Notes under the pieces: generated by a model
Told to the model about the DNA's origin: nothing
Seen by the model: the letters and a program-made list of their open reading frames with translations, nothing else
Databases searched by the model: none
Shown here: in pieces, positions 25,882 to 36,600 of the stretch
How positions within the stretch are numbered: position 1 is the first letter of the stretch
How the letters are laid out: every line of letters starts with the position of its first letter
NCBI RefSeq assembly: GCF_028641065.1
Contig: NC_073386.1
Coordinates: 22,506,001-22,570,000 of the forward strand
Reading direction: 5' to 3'
From: Leucoraja erinacea
Lineage: Eukaryota
Length of the DNA: 64,000 nt
Made by a program: the position numbers and the translations under genes

Positions 25882-26672
25882 GAACATTGGCCGTTTGCTC
25901 ACTGCATTTCATCAACAGTAAGGCATTATTTGTGTTTTTTCTTGATTCCTTTGGCATCTAAAAAGGTTCAGAAGTGATAAATCTGGCTGTAATTTTTTTT
26001 AAATCGCCCATGGTTCTCATGGGTTTTTAAACTGTGGCCCCTGGTTAAAAAAATTTACAGCCAGATTGATCACTTCTGAGATTTTTTAGATACCAAAGGA
26101 ATCAAGAAAAAACACAAATAATGCCTTCCTTGATGAAATGCAGTGAGCAAACGTGATAATTCCCAATATTTTCAATGTTTACCAAGCACTTTAGCTGCTG
26201 TAGTCCCTTCAGTTCTCGGTTCTCTATACCTTCATTTCGCTTCACATTTGGAATTCTAAAGTTGGGTACATGTCCCTCACACTTACCCCGACTTCCACAA
26301 TTGTTTTCAGTGCAAAAATTCAACATTTTGGCGGTTTTTAACAGGTAGGAAAGTACGCGTTTCTAGCATTAATAACATATACCTGAAGTGACGGATGTCT
26401 TCCAGTTGGATTTAGCGGCTCCGTGCGTCGAGCCCTATGACCCAGTGACCTTTCGTGCAACCTCCCTATAGCTAGAATGTCCATCCTCAAATTTGGAGAC
26501 CAAAACTGCATATAATACTCCAGGTGTGGTCTCACTAGGGCCCTGTACAACTGTAGAAGGACCTCTTTGCTGCTATACTCAACTTATCTTGTTATGAAAG
26601 CCAACATGTCTTTCGCTTTCTTCACTGCCTGCTGTACCTGCATGCTTACTTTCAGTGAATGATAAACAGGAC

Positions 26673-26703
<31 letters not shown>

Positions 26704-26949
26704 AGATCAGTTGTACTTCCCCTTTTCCCAACTTGACACCATTTAGATAATAATCTGGCTTCCTGTTTTTGCCACCAAAGTGGATAACCTCACATTTATC
26801 CTGCATCTGCCACGCATGAAACATTATGTATGAAACATTTCTAGTCGTGTTTTATTTTACGAGCCAGTAATTGATTTCTCCCTCACCCACTTCTAAGCAC
26901 ATAGATAGATCTACACGTAACTATCTAATTGTCATTTTCATGGAGTCTT

Positions 26950-27600
26950 GCCATCATTACAACAACCCTATTAAACGAAAGCAACGTGTTACGCAGAGAC
27001 CGATCACCCTTGCTTTCGACTACCCGTTATACCAACAATTTACTTGCCCGAATAAACGCCAATCGGTTTAGGTTAAATTTCCCGCCAGTTGCGCCGAGGT
27101 TAAAGGTTGACGGAAGTGATGCGTAGTGGGGGTAAATAAAAAGCGGGAACAAGAACCCTGTTTTTCGCTGCCATATTTTAAACCGAGCTGGTTAGGAAAC
27201 TAGTGCAGGTATTAGGAGTCGTTTGTCGGCTCCGCGTTTTAATTTCTCCCGCTCGGCCTCTGCGGACAATTTATTTCTAATTTGTAGCTGGAAAGTAAAT
27301 ACGATCCTGAAAGGAGCGCTTGAAATGGCGGATCAGGAACCGAGCGCTTCCACGTCGAGCATGGCAGGCAGCGGCGAGGGGTGAGTGATGCGGGGACGGG
27401 GAGCAGCAAGTAGCCGCTGCTCCGTGCATGTGCGCGCGCTCCCCACACTTCTTCCCGCGCGCCCGCCGCCGCCGCCGCCGCCTTCCAATCCCTTGTCTCT
27501 TGTTACAATTTAGAACGAGCCCGGAGTAACAACTGCAACTACCGCGAATGTAACGCTTCTGCTCTCTAGATAAAGACATAAAAACGCTGGAGTAACACAG
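26950..27600 (+). promoter_or_regulatory. NASP CpG-island promoter with cell-cycle motifs
   Basis: CpG-rich; CCAAT 27059-27063, E2F TTTCCCGC 27078-27085 and GCGGGAA 27143-27149, ETS CGGAAGTG 27111-27118, YY1-like GCCATATT 27170-27177 and AAATGGCGG over the start codon. Confidence 0.7.
27325..27380 (+). CDS. NASP: NASP exon 1 ([19 protein letters not shown])
   Basis: ATG in a strong context (gaaATGG) inside the CpG island; donor GG|gtgagt; phase 2 matches the next exon. Confidence 0.8.
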
Positions 27601-30600
27601 CGGGGCAGGCAGCAAGCATCTCTGGGAGAGAAGGAATGGGTGACGTTTCGGGTCGAGACCCTTCTTCAGCTGCCTGTCCCGCTGAGTTACTCCAGTATTT
27701 TGTGCCTGTCATCGGTGTAAAACAACGTCTGCAGTTCCTTCCAACACATTGCTCTTTTGCCGCATTGAACGTCCCCACTTTACTGTGCCTGTCCCTCTTG
27801 CTACTTTAGGCTATGGTGTTTACAAATCACTTCCTGTCTGCTTTCTTGAATCAAGATGTGTATTGGCTTTGCAGAAGTTTGTTTCGGGCAATCTATGTTG
27901 AATCTTCCAAACACTAATCTTGATCGAAAGAATTGTTAGAATTCGGGTTTAAAAGTTTGCTTTTGTACAGCTTGCCGGGAAAATGGCAGCTGAGCACGCT
28001 GTAAGTCTGGTTGGTTGCCTCTGAGTGAGTGACAGTATTGTCGTTTCTGACCTGTCACATCGTGGAATTCAATTAAGCTTTGAACAGCACCCTCGTATAT
28101 TCACAAGGATTTGTGGCTTTGCAGTTTTGTCATTGCTGCTACAATGGGATTGAGTAGAGATTATACTTTTGATCACAATGTCCAAATACCATTGTACTTA
28201 AACCAAAATATAGTTGCCTGGAAATGTTTTCACATTATTGCAGCTTTGATACTTGAGGTTGTATTTGGTTATGTTTGCTGGACATATATGTAATATGTGT
28301 GTGTATATTCCCTAGGTTAGTGGTTTAAGGACCACATGAATTTTGGAACCTGACATGCAAACGCATCTTATGCTTCCTGCTTCGCTGTTGATGAAGAATT
28401 ATAATTTAGGGTGTTTACAACATTTTAATTGGGGTCAACTGCTGTTTAATGCAAGGGCAAACAAATGTAATTCATGGGATGTGGCTTGGATATATGAATG
28501 CCAGCTTTTGCTTTCACTTGGTTTTAAGCCAGACAAATAGTAGTAGTAGTGTTGGGCATTGAGGCACTAATTTCTACTCTGTTCTGGATTGTCCTCAGAA
28601 AGTGATGGCCAAATGGAAAACTAAATGACCTGAATCATAGACATTATGGCCTAAAGGGAGGCCAAACATGTATTGCCAAATGGAAAGGTCTGTTCATTGT
28701 CTTCGACTGGCTCTGACCTTGTCAGTAGCATTTTGCTTCACTTGTCATAGTCTTGGTCCAAAGATGAACTAAATAACTGAATCCCATTGGTACTTGATAA
28801 CTGCAAGGTGACTTTTTTTGAAGTACAGTATCAAGAAGCATAGATAAAGGTCTGCTTTCAGAATATTGCCTCCCATTCCATGAATCTTTGTGTGGGTCAG
28901 TGGGCAAACTGTCCTAGTCCCAAAAAAATCAGTACAGGGAGGCCAACATTTATTGAACAAGATTTCTTTGCAAAGGGAACTAGGCCTTTATAATGTTCTA
29001 TGCATTTATATTATCCTCAGAGAATCCCCCTTTCCAAAGGAAAAATCCCAGCCATGGTTTCATGACTATAATTTTCTAAACCTGGTGATATCCCAATCTT
29101 TGCATTTTTTTGACGTCATTTTTTCGATTGTGTGGCTAGAACTGTATGCAGCAGTTGTTACCATATGAAAAAAATCTCCACGAGGGGGGAAGTTATGCAG
29201 CTTCCATCAGGTATAGCCAGAGGTAATGGTGAACTATGACATTTGAGCAGTTAGTCAAAACATGGAGCAGCTGCTGTCATTTCCCATCAGTGGTCTGCAT
29301 TCCTGCTTGCTGGCCATAATGAGTCTGAAGAAAGGTCTCGACCCGAAATGTCACCTAATCCTTTTCTCCAGAGGTGATGTCTGACCCACTGAGTTACTCT
29401 AGCTTTTTGTGTCTATCTTAGGTTTAAACCAGCATCTGTAGTTCCCTATGCATTTCTGAGTCCTGTGTCAGGTACAGTGGTCCTTGGCACAGCAGTATGC
29501 AGCCTGGTGAGATGTCCACTAAAGTGTAGGGGTACGGACATGAGTATTTGGGCCAGAGAAGAAAGAGCTCTTTTGAACCAGTGCTCTAAAGGCAGCACAG
29601 TGGTGCAGCTGGTAGTGTTGCTGTCTCTCAGCACTGGAAACGCAGGTATGGTCCTGACCGTGGGAGCGATCAGTGTGGAGTTTGCATGTTCTCCCTGTGA
29701 CTGTGCGTTTCTTTTGGGTACTCTGGTTTCCTTCCCTATCATAAAGACGTGGGTTGGTAGTTAATTGGACTTTGTAAATTGCCAAGAGTGTGTAGGGAGT
29801 GGATGAGAATGCAGTGAACTGGAGTGAATGGGTGATGAATTATCTGTTTTCTGTAGTCTATAAAGTTTCAAATGTGACCTATGTGAAAAAGAATGATAAA
29901 ATTAAGAAACTGTTGGCCTTAGTTTTAGCATTTTCCCTCTAACAATATCATGAACAATGTCATAACAAAGCACCTTGATAAGACTGACCAGAATATGTAC
30001 CAGGATTTGAAAGGAAAATCGTGATTGATTAATCAAAGTTCCTTTGTGTTGTCTAGTAGAAAAGATAAGGAGAAATCAGTTGATTGGTGTATTTAGATTT
30101 TCATATGCATTTTATAACAACTGATACAGGACAGTCAACAAGCCATGCAGTTGAGGCCAATTTACTGATGTGGATTGGTAATTGGTTATTGGACAAAGCA
30201 TAGTAAGAATAAATATATCTCCAGGTAGGCAGTCTGGTATTAGTCGAGTTACTACAGGTGCTTAGGGCCCCAGGTGTTTACAATGTATATCGCTGATTTG
30301 GCAGGGGATGAAATGTGATATTCAAGTTTGCTGCTGGTACAAAACTCAGAGTAGGGACTTTCAAGGCAAGTCAAGCTGGGCGAGCAGAAAACAATGCAAC
30401 ATTGTTCACTTGGGTGCATAAAACAGAAGTAGAGTATTTTCTATATGAAGTGGGTAATGTTGCTATTCAGAGACACGAGTGACCTAACACATTGCAGAAA
30501 GCATGCTGCAGCAAACAGTTATGAAGGCAAATAGTATGTTGGCCTTGTTATGAGGATTTGCAGAAGGGGCTGTGTATGATGGATTCTGATGGGAAGGGAA

Positions 30601-33600
30601 GGTGGAGTGTGGAACAAATAAAGGAGGTGGATGGGCAATGGAAGAGGGGACTCATTGGGAGGAGTATGTGAGTGATGGGTAGATGTAGTGGGTGGGAAAG
30701 AAGCTGGATAGGGGGACCAGGGTTCCTGAAATTAGAAATGAATGCTCATGCTGTTGGTTTGTAGACTACCAAAGTTGAATATAAGGTGCTGTCCCTCTGG
30801 TTTGTTTGGGATTGCCCTAGCAGTGTGGTGGCAAAGGACCGACTGGTTGGGCTGGGAAGGGGGTTTAAAGGGCTTGCAATCAGGAGCTCAAGGTGGCCAT
30901 ATTGGAGACAGAACGTGTGCTCTGTCAAGCAGTTGTCTGCTCTTCATTTGTCTTGTTGATGTATAGAGAGTACCTCATGCAATAACACCAGGCCTCAGAA
31001 GTTATGGAGGCCAAGTCAATGGATATTTTTTAAGGCAGTGATAGATTCTTGATTAGTACGGGTGTCAGGGTTATGGGGAGAAGGCTGGATAATGGGATTG
31101 AGGGGGAGAGTTAGATCAGCCATGATTGAATGTCGGAGTAGACTTCATATGCTGAATGGCCTAATTCTGTTCCTATCACATGACTTACAGGAGGTGTGTG
31201 AGAATTTGCCTCATCTGGAAGAGTTATTTAGGTCCGTGGATGGTGATTGAGAACAGATGTAGAAACTGTAGAAAAGTGCCCAGGGAGGGTTAAAGCCCTG
31301 TCCCACTGTACGAGTTCATTCAAAGAGTTCTCCCAAGTTTACCCTGATTCGAACTCGGAGATTTACGGTAATGGCTGCTCGTCGGTACTCGGGGCTCTTG
31401 TGGACATTTTAACATGTTGAAAAATCTTAGTCTTCCCGAGCTTACTGAGCTTTCCCGAGTACCTGTCTTTAGCGTTACGAGCCGCTAAGAGACATCCCCG
31501 AGCTCCAACGTACCCGCCACGCTCATTCTCCGTGCTTACCACAAGCTTGATTTTTTTTTAATCGAGAGAGCTCTTGAATGAACTCGTATAGTGGGACAGG
31601 GCCATTAAGCAATCCAGAGAGTCAGTGGTCCCTGCAGCAAAGGTTGGAGAGGGGGGAAGATGGGAATGTTTTGGTTAGTAGAAACGTTGAATGATGTGAA
31701 GACTGGTGGAAGAGGCAGGTTGAGGGCAGACGTGGAGGCACCATTGACCACAGTGGAGGGAAGGTGGGACTGAGAAGAAAGCTGTTTACTAAAAAGGACA
31801 TCTGTCCTGGATTAGAAGACCTACTCTGCAACAGATACAGCAGAGATGGAAAATCTGAGAGAAATTGATGGTGTGCTTTCAAGAGGCAGGATTGGAAACG
31901 GTGTTGTCTAGGTAGCTGTGGGAATTGGTGGGTTTGTAGTAATCGCAAGTGCACAGTTTGCCTCCTGACATTGAGATGCAGATCAAGAAAGGGTAGACAA
32001 TTCAATGCTGACCTTTTTTCCATCTAAAGTCATAGAGCTATGAAGATAGGAATCTGAACTTTTAGCTTGACTGTCTATGCGGACATGGTTGCCAAATGAG
32101 CAGGTTCCACTTGCTTGTGCCTATCTATTCCATATCCCTCCAAACCTTTTGTATCCATGCATCTGTCCAATTTGTTTTGAGTGTCGTACCTGCCTCTACC
32201 ATTTTCTCTGGCGACTTGTTCCATATACCCACCACCCTTTGGGAAAAGTCGTCTCGTAGATCCCTTTTAAATCTTTCCCCTCTTTCCTTAACCTTGTGCC
32301 CAGTAGTTTTAGATTTTCCTATCCTGGGGGAAGATGCTGGCAATTCCCCTTGTGTCCCTCATGATTTTAGAAACCTCCAAGGTTATCCCTTGGTTGAAAG
32401 AAGTGACCCAGTCTCTCCTGCTCAAACCCTTCAGAATTGCAAACATCTTCAAATCTCCTCTGCACTGTTTCCCGTTTAATGACATCCCTCCTTTGGCAGG
32501 TCAACCAGAATTGTATACAGTACTGTAAATGTGACCTCACTAACCTATACAGTTGTAAAATGTCCCATCTCCTTTACTCAATATCTTCAGAGCATGTGTG
32601 CCTTCCCCTGTCCACCTATGTTACCTTCATAAAACTGCAACAACACTCTCCAAGGCTCTAGTGCAAGCTTGCCCTGGTTTGTCCTGCCAAAATGTAATAC
32701 CTTGCATTTATCTGAGTTAAGCTCCCTCTGCCAATCCTTGGTCCAGTTGATAAATATCTTGTTATAATAGTATAACTTTCACTGATCACGATGCCACCAA
32801 CTTTAATGACCTTTGCAAACTTACTAACCATGTCGCATGCATACCTACAGTAAATTGTAAATATTTATAATGAACAATGGTGGACCCAGCATCCAGTCCT
32901 GTGGTATACCACTTGTTACAGGCCTCGCTCTGAACAGCAACACTATACTAGGCCCATAGTCTTCTACATTAAACACATTTTCTATCCAGTTGGCATGTTC
33001 ATCCCAAATCCCGTATGATCTAACCTTCCAGACTAGCTGGTCAAAGGACTTATTAAACCCCATGGAAACAATGATTGTTACACTGCCGTCATCAGTCTTA
33101 GTCATTTCTTCAAAATTGAATACAATTTAAGAGACTATTTCCTGAGCACAAAACCATGCTAACAATCACTAATCAGTCCTTGCATTTCCAAATATGTAGA
33201 TCCTGTCTCTCAATCTCCTCCAATGACTTGTTCACATCTACAGTTCCCAGGCTCTTCCTTGCAGCCTATCTTATGTTGTGCTCTTATTGTGTGCATCAGG
33301 AACAATAAAATGTTCCTGCTGCTGCATTGACACATTAATGCAACACAAATGTATGAAGAACAATACAATAAATCAGTTATGAGGTCATCAGAACACAATG
33401 GTGCAAGCCAAAGAGTATGTAGTTTACCCCACAAAGTCCATAACAATTTGGTGCTGAGGTAGGTTTCTGCAGATGGTTGATGGAAAGTTTGTGAACCTAG
33501 TTCTCGGGCTCATGTATCACCTTCCCTATGGTAGCAATGAGACATTAGCCACCCTCTAGTCCTCCAACCCTCACCCAGAGTTATCAATGATGACGATGCA

Positions 33601-36600
33601 TCTGCTGGGACACTGATTTCTTCCCTAGTTGCCCACACTGTCCTGGGATGCACTTGATCAGGTCCTGGAGATGTATCCATGTTGCTGAGTTTTAAGACCT
33701 CAAGCATCTCTTCTGTAATGTGAACTTTCCAGCATATCACTTAACTTTCCCAAATTCCCTAGCAACCACTTTTTTCTTCCTTGAATACAGATGAGAAACA
33801 TTCATTTAAACCTCTTCCAACTCTGTACTTTTATATGTAGACTACCTTGTTGGTCTTTAAGAGCCCCCTATTGTCTCCCTTGTTATGCGTTTGCTCATGA
33901 TTTACTTGTAGAATCTCTTTGGATTATTTTTTGCTTTATCTGCCCAAACTGTCCCATGTCCTCTTTTTTCCCTCCTGATTTCCCTTGTGTAGAGTCTGAT
34001 TCGGTCAAAATTACATCAAACCAATGCACAATATCATATCTGAAATGGGTGTATATTAACACAAATATATGGCAAGACTCTGAACAAAGGCATTGAATTG
34101 GAATTGGTTTGTCCAATGTTGTGCTACCGCTGATAACAAATTCTGTTTAAATCAAAGTCTGAAGAAGGGTTTCGGCCCGAAACGTTGCTTCGCTCCATAG
34201 ATGCTGCTGCACCTGCTGAGTTTCTCCAGCTTTTTTGTGTAACCTTCGATTCTCCAGCATCTGCAGTTTCCTCTTAAACTCTGTTTAAATCAAGTTGCTC
34301 TAAATATAAATCCATTTTGTTTTGATGTTGGGCAGAGTCATCGAATGGTCAATCAAATAAGATCAAATAGAACGTTGTCCTACAACTTTAGGCTGTGCAC
34401 CTCATACAGAAGAAAAAGATCTAATGGCAAATGTCTAATTTCTGCAGCAAATACAGCACTTGGTGCCTCACCATGTCAGAGACCCAGATTCCACCCTGAC
34501 CTCAGCTGACTGAATTTACAAGTTCTCTTTGTGATGGCGTGTTTCTTGCCAAATACCTGCAGATTACTGGGTTAATTGACCTCTGCAAATTGTCCCTAGT
34601 GTATAGGGAGTGAATGCAAAAAGTGGGATAACATAGAACTACTGTGAATGAATGGTCAGTATAGATTCAGTTGGCTGAAGGGCCTGTTACCATGCTGTAT
34701 CTTTCAATCTATCAAGTAGCAAAACTCTGGCAAAAACTGTTTGCTAAAGTAATACCTCTGATTTTATAGAACTGATGTTGGTGTGGAACCTATGAAGTTA
34801 CTTGGAGTTGGCAAAAGACACATGGTAATGGAAGACTTTGCAGCAGCTGTCAATGCCTTTCAAGATGCATGCAGGCTATTGTAAGTATATTGTGGCATTT
34901 TGCAGATATTGTGAAGTTTAAATGAAATGTTTGATTGGTGTTCCTGAAGACTTAATGTGGTGGTTTGCCTCCAGACTAGCAATTTTCTGGATTATTGTAT
35001 ATTGTTTTTCTTTTGAACAGTGTTTGAAAGATGTTTTTGAGTATTTGCAGAGCAGGTTTGTTTAAAATAGGTTTGATTTCAAAAGATAATTAATGTTATG
35101 ACCTACAAGCACAAGCAGATTTTTTTCTCATTAAAATTATAATTTGGACTTCTGTTCAATTTGTGATGAAAGTGATATTGTTTTTTCTTTTATATAAATG
35201 CAAAAATAGGAGTGCAGCACATGGAGAAATAGCTGATCAATGTGGAGAAGCCTACTTTTGTTATGGGAAAGCTCTTCTGGAGTTAGCAAGGTTGGTTGAC
35301 AAATGTGATCATTGCTAAGTATCAAGTAGATTTATCCAAAAAAGGGTTCATTTCAATTCTCATAAAACTTATAGCCAATTAAAATATACTGTCTTCACTC
35401 CATGTTTTGCCTGTTTAAAATTTTCACCTGTTTTTTCCGATATTAATTTGTACAATCTAGTCCTGTCTTTTGTCCATCTATCCTTTCCAGGTTAGACATG
35501 GTCTACTTTTCCATTTCAAAGAGCTGACTACCTGAAGACAATTATCAGAAAGTTTGGATCTGAACCACATTGCCCTCCATAATGTTTGGGACAAAGACCT
35601 GTCATTTATTTATTTGCCTCTGTACTCCACAATTTGAGATTTGTAATAGAAAAAATCACATGCGGTTAAAGTGTACATTGTCAGATTTTAATGAAGGCCA
35701 TTTTTATACATTTTGGTTTCACCATGTAGAAATTACACCAGTTTCTCATAAAACATATTTCTCTCCCCCCCCCCCCCCTCCCCAATTTTAATTTTAAGGT
35801 TTGGGACACATGTAAATGAAAGTAGTCATGTTTAGTATTTTGTTGCATATCCTTTGCATGCAATGACTGCTTGAAGTCTGCGATTCATGAACATCACCAG
35901 TTGTTGGGTGTCTTCTCTGGTGATGCTCTGCCAGACCTGTATTGCAGTCATCTTTAGCTTATGCTTGTTTTGGGGGCTAGTACCTAACAGTTTTCTCTTC
36001 AGCATATAAAAGGCATGCTCAATTGGGTTCAGATCGGGTGATTGACTTGGCCACTGATGGACAATTTTTTAGCTTTGAAAAACTCCCTTGTTGCTTTAGC
36101 AGCATATTTGGGATCATTGTCTTGCTGTAGAATGAACCACCGGCCAATGATTTTTGAGGCATTTGTTTGAACTTGAACAGATAGGATGTGTATATACACT
36201 TCAGAATTCATCATGCTACTACCATCAGCAGTTGTATCACCCATGAAGATAAGTAAGCCAGTACCTTCAGCAGCCATGCATGCCCAGGCTATAACACCCC
36301 CACCACTGTGATTCACAGATGAGGTGGTATGCTTTGGATCTTGGACATGTTCCTTCTCTCCTCCATACTTTGCTCTTGCCATTCCTCTGATATAAGTTAA
36401 TCTTTGTCTCATCTGCCCACAAGACCTTTCTCCAGAACTATGGTTGCTCTTTTAAATACTTCTTGGCAAACTGTGACCTGGCCATCCTATTTTTGCGGCT
36501 AACCAGCGGTTTGCATCTTGCAGTGTAGCCTCTGTATTTCTCTGTATGGAGTCTTCTGCGGACAGTAGTCATTGACAAATCCACACCTGAACAGTGTTTC

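Larger units (their letters stand above)
23921..26467. mobile_element. Foldback non-autonomous DNA transposon dimer with THAP-domain remnants (ISL2EU/Harbinger-like)
   Basis: Termini aggggggttgcacg / cgtgcaacctccct, ~430-bp inverted arms and a 2-bp AT duplication; ORFs 24090-24311(+) and 26102-26326(-) encode PNFRIP...RVCSLHF (THAP signature). Confidence 0.7.
23428..26812 (-). mobile_element. CR1/HER1-type LINE split by a 2.5-kb insertion
   Basis: Tail at 23428; ORF2 C-terminal sequence runs to 23920 and resumes at 26468 (ORF 26338-26550 [19 protein letters not shown]). Confidence 0.8.
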
